From Candidatus Nomurabacteria bacterium (GTDB taxonomy: Bacteria; Patescibacteriota; Minisyncoccia; Phycocordibacterales; UBA9973), in assembly GCA_052035195.1 (NCBI GenBank), contig JBPOHU010000001.1:104031-168030 (forward strand): a DNA stretch of 64,000 nucleotides. The letters are read 5' to 3'. Both the position numbers and the translations under genes were made by a program. Shown piece by piece: positions 6,862 through 15,982 of the stretch (its first letter is position 1; the number at the start of each line of letters is the position of its first letter). The notes under the pieces are model-generated. The model was not told the DNA's origin. It did not search any database and saw only the letters and a program-made list of their open reading frames with translations.

Positions 6862-7389
6862 ATGAAAACATGGAATATTGATACAACTCATTCAGAAATA
6901 GGGTTTAAGGTTAAACACTTGATGATTTCAACTGTTAGAGGACTTTTCTCTTCTTTTGAAGGGTCTATCAGTGCGCAAGACGAAAGCTTTGATAATGGAC
7001 AAATCAGCTTTTCCGCTGACGTAAGCAGTATTGATACAAAAAATGCACAACGTGATGGGCACCTCAAGAGTGCTGACTTCTTTGATGCTGAAAACTTTCC
7101 TAAACTTACTTTCTCTTCAACTTCTGTAAAAAAAGTAGGGGATAACAAACTGGAAATCACTGGAGACCTCACTATGCGAGGAGTAACAAAATCAGTGAGT
7201 CTAAATGCTTCAGTCACAGGCGTAGTTAAAGGTATGGACGGAGCCCAAGTAGCTGGTTTTGAAATTTCTGGAAAGATAAATCGATCTGAATTTGGACTAG
7301 TTTGGAATGCACCACTAGAAACAGGCGGAGTAGTAGTCAGTGACTCTGTCACAATCGAAGCCTTAATAGAAGCAAAAGAACAAGCTTAA
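6862..7389 (+). CDS. YceI-family polyisoprenoid-binding protein
   Basis: WNIDTTHSEIGFKVKHLMISTVRGLFSSFEG...DGHLKSADFFDAENFPKLTF matches YceI-like domain signatures. Confidence 0.75.
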   Translation: MKTWNIDTTHSEIGFKVKHLMISTVRGLFSSFEGSISAQDESFDNGQISFSADVSSIDTKNAQRDGHLKSADFFDAENFPKLTFSSTSVKKVGDNKLEITGDLTMRGVTKSVSLNASVTGVVKGMDGAQVAGFEISGKINRSEFGLVWNAPLETGGVVVSDSVTIEALIEAKEQA

Positions 7390-7399
7390 ATTAATAAAA

Positions 7400-7429
7400 A
7401 AACACCCTAAATTAGAGGGTGTTTTTTTA
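7400..7429 (+). terminator. rho-independent terminator
   Basis: AACACCCT-aaattag-AGGGTGTT followed by TTTTTTAT. Confidence 0.7.
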
Positions 7430-7489
7430 TTAAGTCAAGATTAATTGACTTGCTAGTGGTTACAACGTACCATTCTCAAAAAACTGTAT

Positions 7490-8632
7490 ATGGCTCAACA
7501 AAAATTGTTCGTTGATTCAAATAAAAAACTCAAAAAGGTTCTTCCAAAAGAACATGCTTATGATGAAGAGTTCAAAAGCTTAGATTTTATAATTGTTCCG
7601 TATGCATTTTTATTAGGGATTAAGAAAAACCATAAATTACAGCCTATTATTGAAAATAAAATACTCTGTGAACTTTTTTCTAAAAAAGGATCAGGGGATG
7701 TTGATTTAATCAATTTATTTATCAAAAAAGAGGCGCTTTGGTTTAAAAAAGATCCATCAAAAATGTCTAAGGCAAACAATCTTTTATCAGAAGAAGAATT
7801 AAGACGTATCTTTATTTCTGGAGCACTTGAAATAAAATTTCGTCATAAAAGCATTTCTTCATTAAGAAGGTTGTTTAGGAAAAAGCTTCCTAATTCAAAA
7901 CCACCATTGGTTTTTGGTAAAATTGCTCGTTATATCAACAACGGTGCTAGTCACGAATTTTGGTATGAGGAAACAGGAGAAGAAATAGCTCAATTGTTTC
8001 CAGAATTTAGCCCTGAGCTCATTAAGGCTCTTTTGGCTATTACTTCTATAAGAGCAACGCTTCCTTCGAACGTTACAAAGTCTTTTAAGGCTTTGGATCA
8101 GTTCCATCGAACTGAACAGTTTGAGGTTCCTTTTGGTAAAAAGGGAGACAAGAAGATGATTAAAAGTAATTTTAAGGGTTTTCTTGATGCCCAGCTTCAT
8201 CATTTGAATTTACTTAAAAATGGGCAGTCTCTAACTGATCCAAAAAACCTACTAAAAAACGGGCGAAAGATTAAAATGTTTGCCAGTGCAATGGGGTCAG
8301 TTGAAGATGCTATTGTTGACGATGTTTGGATTACCAGAGCTTTTGGTTGCGACAGAAAAAGAGTTTTTGAAAGTCGTATAACTAGTCAGTCTCCCTCTAA
8401 GGCAATCTATGATGCAACAGAATGGTATTTACAAACTATTTCTAAGCTTGTAGATAAAAAACCAAGAGGTGTATGCGCGATGATTTGGGCGGGTATACGG
8501 CAAGAAACAAACAAAGAAACAGCCCGTTATACTGACCCAATAAAAAATCGACTAAACCATGGACTTTTTTCTGAGCAGTATGGAAACCTGAAACCCTCAA
8601 AAAAAGGAGGGATTGAGTTTGAATTATTTTAA
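7490..8632 (+). CDS. hypothetical protein (380 aa)
   Basis: Long ORF with its own terminator (AAAACCCTTT-aaacaa-AGGGTTTTTTT at ~8630-8660); no motif recognised. Confidence 0.4.
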   Translation: MAQQKLFVDSNKKLKKVLPKEHAYDEEFKSLDFIIVPYAFLLGIKKNHKLQPIIENKILCELFSKKGSGDVDLINLFIKKEALWFKKDPSKMSKANNLLSEEELRRIFISGALEIKFRHKSISSLRRLFRKKLPNSKPPLVFGKIARYINNGASHEFWYEETGEEIAQLFPEFSPELIKALLAITSIRATLPSNVTKSFKALDQFHRTEQFEVPFGKKGDKKMIKSNFKGFLDAQLHHLNLLKNGQSLTDPKNLLKNGRKIKMFASAMGSVEDAIVDDVWITRAFGCDRKRVFESRITSQSPSKAIYDATEWYLQTISKLVDKKPRGVCAMIWAGIRQETNKETARYTDPIKNRLNHGLFSEQYGNLKPSKKGGIEFELF

Positions 8633-8729
8633 AACCCTTTAAACAAAGGGTTTTTTTATATACCTTTTTATCTTTTGGCAATCTTACGGATAGCAATTAT
8701 TTCTATATAATTTAAGCAAATATACACTA

Positions 8730-9914
8730 ATGAGAAATAGTACTTTAAAATCTGATTCAGAAGTGTCTAATCAAAATTTTCAAGAACAAAGTCATGTTTG
8801 GTCAAATGCCTGGCTGCCTCTTGATTTAGTTATTAAGTTTCCTCAAGTACGCAAAACCTTTGAAAAGGAATCATTGCAAGAGTTAGCTGATGATATAGCA
8901 AAAAATGGGCTTATACAGCCACCGATGATTGCTAAGTTATCAAAAGAAAATTTTGCAAAATATGTTGAAGTTTTTGAAAAAATATCAAAAACAAAACTTT
9001 TGCAATCAAGCTATCAATTTGAGGAAACTAATACTGGTGAAGTTTGGTATCATGTTTTAGTTGCCGGAGAACGTCGCTACAGAGCACATATGATTCTTTG
9101 GGAAACTGGTTGTACTGACTGCATAAATTCTGCAAGAGATAATAAAAAAACTCTTGAGAAAGGAGAATGCTTTTCAAAGCACTTTCCTCAGCAGTTAATG
9201 GAATCAAGGGTTGGTATTAATATTGACCCAGAAAAAGCAAAAAGTATTCAGTTTCGTGAAAATCATCATGTCAGACCTCCAGCCCATGAAGAAGCTTATG
9301 GTTACCGGGATTATTATGATCACCTGAAAACACTTAATCAAAAACTCACCCTTAAAGAATTTGCTGAAAGGGTAGGAGTTTCAGTTGAAAAAGTTCGGAG
9401 AGCCATATGGTTCTGTGAACTTCCAGACAGATTACGCCAAACAGTGGAAGACAAAATGATTTCGTACTCAAATGCCTTGGAGTTAAAACGTATCCTTCAA
9501 ATAGAAAGCATTGGTTTTAAAGAAAGAATTAAGATTATTAACAACGAAGTAGACTTCCTTCTTATTCATCAAAAGATAAAGAATGAAGATTACAAAAAGA
9601 GAGTCGATAATCTTATTTCTAGTTTTCAAATGCTAACATTGTTCGATACTAAAGAATTTGAAATGGGTAAAAAAGAGAAGCGCAAAGTAGTAAACGAAAA
9701 CCTACTTAAGGGTATTATCCTAATGAGGGGGTATATGACCAAGCTAAACGCTATTATTCCTATGGGAATTATTGGTAAAGGTAGGGTGTATTCAGGTATT
9801 TCTCCAACTAACCAGGTTAAGTTCATCGTTGAAGAGCTCCAAAAAATTATTCCCGGGTTTAAACCTACGAAGCAACAACTGGAACAATTCAAAAAAATTG
9901 ATTTAGACATTTAA
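8730..9914 (+). CDS. ParB/Srx-like nuclease-domain protein with HTH and a Cys-rich insert
   Basis: VLVAGERRYRAHMIL (the ParB GERRxRA box) and KLTLKEFAERVGVSVEKVRRAIWF (ParB-type HTH). Extra CTDC...C cluster between them. Terminator AAAACCCCTCA-ttcg-TGAGGGGTTTTT follows. Confidence 0.55.
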   Translation: MRNSTLKSDSEVSNQNFQEQSHVWSNAWLPLDLVIKFPQVRKTFEKESLQELADDIAKNGLIQPPMIAKLSKENFAKYVEVFEKISKTKLLQSSYQFEETNTGEVWYHVLVAGERRYRAHMILWETGCTDCINSARDNKKTLEKGECFSKHFPQQLMESRVGINIDPEKAKSIQFRENHHVRPPAHEEAYGYRDYYDHLKTLNQKLTLKEFAERVGVSVEKVRRAIWFCELPDRLRQTVEDKMISYSNALELKRILQIESIGFKERIKIINNEVDFLLIHQKIKNEDYKKRVDNLISSFQMLTLFDTKEFEMGKKEKRKVVNENLLKGIILMRGYMTKLNAIIPMGIIGKGRVYSGISPTNQVKFIVEELQKIIPGFKPTKQQLEQFKKIDLDI

Positions 9915-9942
9915 AACCCCTCATTCGTGAGGGGTTTTTATT

Positions 9943-10872
9943 TTATTTACTATGTTTTATCCAAAGATAAGCGTCTTCTATGGCTTTGACGGCGTCTCCT
10001 GCGGCAATATTGTTCTGGTGGTAGCGGATATTGGTGATATCTCCAGCAGCCCAAATACCTTCTATAGAAGTTCTTTGAGTCCAAGGGTCTATGATTATCT
10101 TACCTGTTTGGTCTATATCAACTATATCTTTCATAAAGCCACCATTAGATATTTGTCCTATCTCTACAAAAACCCCAGAGATATTTAACACTTCTTCTTG
10201 CCCGGTATTTTTGTGTAGTATCTTTATCCCAGAAACAAAATTTTCTCCCAAGACTTCTTGAGTATCAGCATCAGTGATGATGCGAACCTTTGGGTCTGAT
10301 TTTATTTTTTCTACTGTTATTTCATCTGCTTTGAAAGTAGAGTTTCGGTGAACTAGTGTCACGCTTTTACAATATGCAGAGAGTTGCGCTACTGTTTCAA
10401 AAGCAGCATTACCTCCACCAATCACAACAACATCCATACCAGAGAAAAGAGGGCCGTCACAAGAAGCACAATAAGTCAGACCTTTGTGTTCCAGTCTGTC
10501 AGCACCAAATGCTTCAAGCTTTCTACGGCTTGATCCAGCTGTTACCAAAAGCGCCTTGGATGAGAAAGTTTCTCCTGAATCAAGAGACACTTCAAAAGAG
10601 CCATTTTCCCGGGATACCGCTGTGACTGTCTTGCCTTGAGAAATCTCTACGTAAGAGCCTTTGTAGGCCTCTACGTGAGCTTTTAGGCTATTGGCTAGCT
10701 CTGCACCACTTATGTGGGGTGTACCAATCCAGTTTTGGATATCTTCAGAAACAATACTTTGACCACCAAATTCTTTTGCTACCAAAAGGGTTTTTATTTG
10801 TTTTCTAGCGGCATAAACAGCGGCACTACATCCTGCCGGTCCACCACCGATAATGATAAGTTCGTATGTCAT
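9943..10872 (-). CDS. trxB: thioredoxin-disulfide reductase
   Basis: MTYELIIIGGGPAGCSAAVYAARK FAD motif, CASCDG redox centre, VVVIGGGNAAFE NADPH motif. Confidence 0.85.
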   Translation of the reverse strand: MTYELIIIGGGPAGCSAAVYAARKQIKTLLVAKEFGGQSIVSEDIQNWIGTPHISGAELANSLKAHVEAYKGSYVEISQGKTVTAVSRENGSFEVSLDSGETFSSKALLVTAGSSRRKLEAFGADRLEHKGLTYCASCDGPLFSGMDVVVIGGGNAAFETVAQLSAYCKSVTLVHRNSTFKADEITVEKIKSDPKVRIITDADTQEVLGENFVSGIKILHKNTGQEEVLNISGVFVEIGQISNGGFMKDIVDIDQTGKIIIDPWTQRTSIEGIWAAGDITNIRYHQNNIAAGDAVKAIEDAYLWIKHSK

Positions 10873-10940
10873 AAACAAGATTATATCACAAAACAAAAAG
10901 CCCTCTTTTGAGGACTTTTTGCAAAATAGAGAGTATAGAA

Positions 10941-12110
10941 TTATTTCTTATTTCTTCGCAAGAATGCTGGTATTGCGCCCCAGTCTTCTTCAGTACCTTC
11001 ACCTTCAACTATTTCAGTATCTTCTGTACTTTTAATTTCTGGCTTTTGAACCATAGGATTTATTACTTCTTTTTTCTCTACTTCAGCAGGTCGTGAATTG
11101 TTGAAAAGTTGTTGTGCGGTTTGTCCAGCAAAAAGATTACTCTTTTTTGTGCCTTCTGTTGGGAAGCCCGTAGCTATAACAGTGATTTTCATTTCACCTT
11201 TTTTGATACGCTCATCAAATATGGTTCCGATAATCACACGAGCGTCTTTATCGATACTCTCTGTGATAACCTTAGCGGCTTCTTGGAATTCAGCCATAGT
11301 TAGGTCGTCATTTGTAGAGATGGCAAAGAGAACACCTTTTGCTCCATTGATTGAAATATCAAGAAGGGGAGAGTTGATAGCCTGAACAGCTGCTTTTTCT
11401 GCTCGATCTTCTCCAGAAGCAAATCCAACACCCATAAGAGCTGTTCCTGCATCTGTAAGAACGCTTTTCATATCAGCAAAGTCTACGTTGATGATACCAG
11501 GAGAAGAAATAAGTTCTGAAATTCCTTCAACTGCTTGTCTTAGAACTTCATCACACTTTGCAAAAGCATCTTTGAAAGTAGTGTCCTTACCAGCTATTGC
11601 TAGAAGTCTATCGTTTGGAATAACGATTATGGCGTCAACTTCTTGCTCAAGCTCTTCAATACCTTTGTCAGCAATGCGCATGCGTTGGTTGCCTTCAAAG
11701 AAGAAAGGCTTTGTAACAACAGCAACAGTTAGGATACCTTGTTCTTTTGCAGCACGAGCTACAACTGGAGCTCCTCCAGTACCAGTACCACCCCCCATAC
11801 CACAGGCGATAAATACCATATCAGCACCTTTAACGGCGTCTTGAACTTCTGCTTTTGTTTCTTCAGCAGCTCTCATACCAACCTCTGGATTCATACCAGC
11901 ACCAAGACCCTTGGTAAGGTTTTTACCTAGGTGAATTTTTTTCTCTGCAGCACTTTTGTGCAAGTCTTGCACATCAGTATTCATTACAATAAATTCAACA
12001 CTTTTAACCTTTGCATTTATCATGTGATTAATAGCGTTGCAACCAGAACCACCCACACCAATGACTTTGATGCGCGCAGCTGTTTCAATTTCAGGATTTA
12101 TTTTGGCCAT
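10941..12110 (-). CDS. ftsZ: cell division GTPase FtsZ
   Basis: IKVIGVGGSGCNAINHM, GMGGGTGTGGAPVVA tubulin signature; start MAKINPE at 12110. Confidence 0.9.
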   Translation of the reverse strand: MAKINPEIETAARIKVIGVGGSGCNAINHMINAKVKSVEFIVMNTDVQDLHKSAAEKKIHLGKNLTKGLGAGMNPEVGMRAAEETKAEVQDAVKGADMVFIACGMGGGTGTGGAPVVARAAKEQGILTVAVVTKPFFFEGNQRMRIADKGIEELEQEVDAIIVIPNDRLLAIAGKDTTFKDAFAKCDEVLRQAVEGISELISSPGIINVDFADMKSVLTDAGTALMGVGFASGEDRAEKAAVQAINSPLLDISINGAKGVLFAISTNDDLTMAEFQEAAKVITESIDKDARVIIGTIFDERIKKGEMKITVIATGFPTEGTKKSNLFAGQTAQQLFNNSRPAEVEKKEVINPMVQKPEIKSTEDTEIVEGEGTEEDWGAIPAFLRRNKK

Positions 12111-12211
12111 AACATTCTCCTTTTTTCTTCCACTTATTACTATACCGAACATAGTACCAGAGTGTAGAAAAAGGGCAATGGATATTGACTAAAAAGTACT
12201 TTACTGTTGTA

Positions 12212-13375
12212 TTAAGGCATTAATTGCTTAAAGAAGTTTTTGATGACAGCAACGAATCCTTCACCTGCATTATTTAATGATTGTTTATTTTGTTTTCCTC
12301 CTATTTCAGAATTTGTAGAAGCTAAAGCATAGGCTACAAGAAGCTTTTGATCTTTTATTATTCCTTTTGTACTTGGAATATCAAAGTGTCCAATACGAAC
12401 AGGTATCTTAAGCATTGTTTTAGCAACACTTTCTATGTTATGAAGATTTGACCCACCTCCAATAATAATAGCTCCGGCTGGAAGTAATCCACTGCGACCC
12501 ATTTTTTTCAAATATTTGTCTACTAGTTCAAAAATATCAGAAAGTCGAGCTTCTACTATCTCATCTATTTTCTTTTTAGGTACTGATTGGAAGTTAACAA
12601 CACCTGTTTTGATACTTTCTGCTTCTTCTGGGGTGATACGGAGGCCGAGTGCTAAGTCTTTTGTAATATTTAAAGATCCAATATCAAAAACATGTAAAGA
12701 GATAAGAGTATTGTTTTCAAAAACTGATACAGAAACTGTTTCAGCTCCAATATCTATAAGCGCACAACCAAAATTTCTTTGTAAATCTGTCAGTAGTAGA
12801 GACTGAGCAGATAGAGGAGTTGCAGTAAAACCTAAAACTTTTATTCCGGCATCTCCTATAACACCAAGCAAATCATCTAGATGTTGTTGGAAACATGTTA
12901 TAAACAAAGTTCTCACTTCTAATTTCAAACCTTCTATTCCTTCTGGTCTAACAGGGTATTCTTTGCCATCTATTTTGAAAGAAACAGGGTAAGCGTGAAG
13001 CATTACTTTATTTTTAAGTTCAAGAGAAACCTCTGCATCGCTTATAGCTTTCTCTATATCTAGTTTTGAGATTATTCCATCTGCTCTTGAAACAATAGAA
13101 GACCCTACAGAGTATTGGGCGTCGAGGCCTATACCACCAATAGCAATATTTGCTTGTTTGATTTTGATTCCACTATTAACCTCTGCATCACGAATTGCCT
13201 TTTTAAGACTAGTTAAAACTGCATCTCGATTTACTACATAACCATGTCTAACTCCTTGAGTTTCAGAAATACCAAAGCCGAGTATCGCTGGGCTAGCATC
13301 AACGCGTTGTTCACATACAACAACTCGTGTAGTAGAAGTACCTATATCAATACCAACAGTTATAATTTGTTTCAT
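12212..13375 (-). CDS. ftsA: cell division protein FtsA
   Basis: MKQIITVGIDIGTSTTRVVV actin-fold N-terminus; sits immediately upstream of ftsZ. Confidence 0.85.
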   Translation of the reverse strand: MKQIITVGIDIGTSTTRVVVCEQRVDASPAILGFGISETQGVRHGYVVNRDAVLTSLKKAIRDAEVNSGIKIKQANIAIGGIGLDAQYSVGSSIVSRADGIISKLDIEKAISDAEVSLELKNKVMLHAYPVSFKIDGKEYPVRPEGIEGLKLEVRTLFITCFQQHLDDLLGVIGDAGIKVLGFTATPLSAQSLLLTDLQRNFGCALIDIGAETVSVSVFENNTLISLHVFDIGSLNITKDLALGLRITPEEAESIKTGVVNFQSVPKKKIDEIVEARLSDIFELVDKYLKKMGRSGLLPAGAIIIGGGSNLHNIESVAKTMLKIPVRIGHFDIPSTKGIIKDQKLLVAYALASTNSEIGGKQNKQSLNNAGEGFVAVIKNFFKQLMP

Positions 13376-13383
13376 TTTTTATT

Positions 13384-13773
13384 TTACAAACGGAAAAAAG
13401 CAAAATAATGTTGCTCCTTGTCTTCCATTGTACTCCCATGAACGAATCCTTTCAAATGCAACATGCTGTGGATGAGTAAAAAAATAAGATAATTGTTATA
13501 AGTGAGATTAAATTTTTTGTATTCTTTTTTAATTGCAGGTATACACATAACTATTTCTCCACTTTTTTTTGTTAAAGAAAAAGAAAGAGTGTTAGGTATA
13601 TATGTTTTGTTGCGATGTTTTTTATTTAAAGATTTTGCTGTTTTTTCATCAACAAAAGAAACAGATAGGTCATAAGACTTACCTAAAACTTTTTCTTTGA
13701 TAGCCAAAAATGGCACGCGAGGGAGCGTGCCATTTTTATTTACTATTAGATTCTTTTCTTCAAGAAGAGCCAT
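13384..13773 (-). CDS. ybeY: rRNA maturation endoribonuclease YbeY-like
   Basis: SFVDEKTAKSLNKKHRNKTYIPNTLSFSL and HSMLHLKGFVH resemble the YbeY HGxLHLxGYDH region. Confidence 0.55.
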   Translation of the reverse strand: MALLEEKNLIVNKNGTLPRVPFLAIKEKVLGKSYDLSVSFVDEKTAKSLNKKHRNKTYIPNTLSFSLTKKSGEIVMCIPAIKKEYKKFNLTYNNYLIFLLIHSMLHLKGFVHGSTMEDKEQHYFAFFRL

Positions 13774-13781
13774 TTTATAGA

Positions 13782-14024
13782 TTATCGTGACTCACGAGTT
13801 TCCATTTTTCCTAGCTTTTTAAGCTTTTCTACTTCTGCTCGACGAGCGATTCTTCGTAGGGCTACTACTTTTTCAGAAAGTTTAGACATTGGTCGCTCAC
13901 TGTAGCGCTTGCCCTTAACTTTTATGATGATTCCAGACTCCTGGATCTTACGAGTAAAACGTCGGATCAAGTTTGTCGCGTTTTCGTGCTCGTTTTTCTT
14001 TAGTTCGACATTTATCATTGGCAT
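13782..14024 (-). CDS. rpsU: 30S ribosomal protein S21
   Basis: MPMINVELKKNEHENATNLIRRFTRKIQESG...YSERPMSKLSEKVVALRR matches the S21 pattern MPxIxV...RRFKR...YEKP. Confidence 0.7.
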   Translation of the reverse strand: MPMINVELKKNEHENATNLIRRFTRKIQESGIIIKVKGKRYSERPMSKLSEKVVALRRIARRAEVEKLKKLGKMETRESR

Positions 14025-14080
14025 GGGCGTTATCGTACCACGAGAGCCTTGTAAGCGCAATACTTAGCTATAAAATAGGC

Positions 14081-15934
14081 CTATAAACGAGCAGGATTTA
14101 TCAAAAAAGTATAAGGAAATCGTAGTTCTTGCAAAAAGGCTTGTATTTCATCGCAGTTTTCTTGAATGAAGTTTTCTTCTCTTTGAATAATCCAAACACA
14201 TAAAAGCTTCATACTATCTGGACTTATACGGCGAACTGGCAGGAGCGTTATGTCACTTTTATCGAAGAAATTCTCTATTTTTTGCACCAAGATCTCTCTG
14301 TGAGCACTTGGAACCGTTATTGACAACTTCATTAGAGAACCAAATGGCGGATATTTTAAAAGAGTGCGAGATTCCATGTCGTTATCAATAATTTCTTGAA
14401 TCTTTTTTGTTGCTAACTGTTTTGTAATAATAAAATCCGGTTTTTTTGTACAAAGAATCAGAGTGTCTTTTACTTTTTCATTACAAACCATGATAAGCCT
14501 GAGAACTTCTTCTATAGCAAATGGTGATGGGATAGATAAAAGTCGATCAAAAAAAGGAATAGCGATGAAATCAACTTGTTTTATATAAGGAAGCATTTTT
14601 TGAGTTCCAACCATAACAAACCATTTTTGTTTTTGTATTTCAGAGAGTAGTCCATCTACATTTTTTGAATCAGGGGCTATGTCATCGTCTATTGTTATTA
14701 TGTTTGAAGGTTCAATGATATTTGATAATGCTTCATAAATACTTTCTGTGCCTACAGAAACAGGGGTAATATTCCAACTAGCACAGTAGTCACAAACGTG
14801 TGTAGTAGGTAAGGTGTCTCCACAATTTGTACAGATAAAAATCCTCTGACGAGTTCCATCTACTGTTTTGTAGCGAAGCACTACTGGTAGTCCACAAGTC
14901 TTACAATCAACACTAGTTCCACAATCAGCACATCTAGATATAGGGGCCAATCCTTTTCTGTTTGTATAAATAAAAAGACTTTTCTTGTTTTTTTGACAAT
15001 ACCTGACAAGTTCTATCGTTTCTGTTGGAAGTATTGTTCTATATGTCTCTGTTGGTACTATTACGAGTTTTTCCGGAGTAAATGATCTAGCTAGGTGCAT
15101 AGAGTTTGATTTATATAATGTCTCAAACCTAGGAAGAGTGTCTCCAAAAACTATATTTAAGTTCAAAGATTGATAGATAGACTCTATCACTATTCGCATA
15201 TCTGCTTCATACCGATCACTTGTTTTATAAAGAGAACTAGTCTCATCTTCAAGGATGATAGTGGAGATATCATTTCTAGGAACACATGAGTACTGAGGTG
15301 TAGTACATATAAAAAGAGGTCTTTCAGAATTTTTTATTGTAGTTAGTGCGTTTTTTTGATCACGTTTTGTTATTTTGCTATGCAATATGACACTATGAGA
15401 AGTGATACCTTTTTGTAGAGAGTTATACCAATACTCAACAGACCGAATAGAAGGAGCTACTAAAACAATACTTTTCTTTTCAGCAAATGCTTCTCTGATA
15501 ATCCTTTTGTAATTATCTACTCTATCTAAAACGATTCCGTACACAGCCTTAGGAGGCTTTTTTTCTTCTTCTACTATTTCTATACTTGGTATTTTTTGAA
15601 ATATATCTATATAAGCATCATTTATAACAATACCCGCAAGAGATCCAATAGGTGTTAATGTTTTAGTACTTGCTGTACGCAAGCCTTCTATCAGAGCTCC
15701 ATAATAAGAAGAAAATCCTATAACTGATTTTATTTTCTTTAAAGAAAAAGTGGCTTGTTTGATACTGGTTTTTGCTTCTATCAAAGAAGTGCTTTCATAA
15801 ACTATCCCTTTGATAGCTTGTTTTCCAAGTGGAATCTCTATCAAAGTTCCAGGCGAAAGAGCGTCAGCACTATAATAACTAAGTGTGTTAAAGGGGATAC
15901 CTCTTGAAATTGGAATAACTGAAAGTATATACAT
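14081..15934 (-). CDS. priA: primosomal protein N' (PriA)-like, apparently lacking a canonical Walker A
   Basis: N-terminal 3'-DNA-binding-like region, IILEDETSS (DExx), CADCGTSVDCKTCG...CTNCGD...CDYCAS zinc-finger cluster typical of PriA. No GxxGxGK(T/S) was seen. Confidence 0.55.
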   Translation of the reverse strand: MYILSVIPISRGIPFNTLSYYSADALSPGTLIEIPLGKQAIKGIVYESTSLIEAKTSIKQATFSLKKIKSVIGFSSYYGALIEGLRTASTKTLTPIGSLAGIVINDAYIDIFQKIPSIEIVEEEKKPPKAVYGIVLDRVDNYKRIIREAFAEKKSIVLVAPSIRSVEYWYNSLQKGITSHSVILHSKITKRDQKNALTTIKNSERPLFICTTPQYSCVPRNDISTIILEDETSSLYKTSDRYEADMRIVIESIYQSLNLNIVFGDTLPRFETLYKSNSMHLARSFTPEKLVIVPTETYRTILPTETIELVRYCQKNKKSLFIYTNRKGLAPISRCADCGTSVDCKTCGLPVVLRYKTVDGTRQRIFICTNCGDTLPTTHVCDYCASWNITPVSVGTESIYEALSNIIEPSNIITIDDDIAPDSKNVDGLLSEIQKQKWFVMVGTQKMLPYIKQVDFIAIPFFDRLLSIPSPFAIEEVLRLIMVCNEKVKDTLILCTKKPDFIITKQLATKKIQEIIDNDMESRTLLKYPPFGSLMKLSITVPSAHREILVQKIENFFDKSDITLLPVRRISPDSMKLLCVWIIQREENFIQENCDEIQAFLQELRFPYTFLINPARL

Positions 15935-15982
15935 CGATATCTTGGGCCTAGTACTCTTATGCTACTATAATAGTACAGTATC

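Noticed and set aside
6888-7352. Numerous antisense ORFs inside well-supported genes (e.g. 6888-7352, 19709-20461, 38198-38500, 44545-45141, 50387-50854, 11098-11385, 31412-31705)
   Set aside because: They lie opposite strongly supported CDSs (YceI, rseP, dnaK, dnaJ, lysS, ftsZ, rpsM), have biased low-complexity composition and no motifs.
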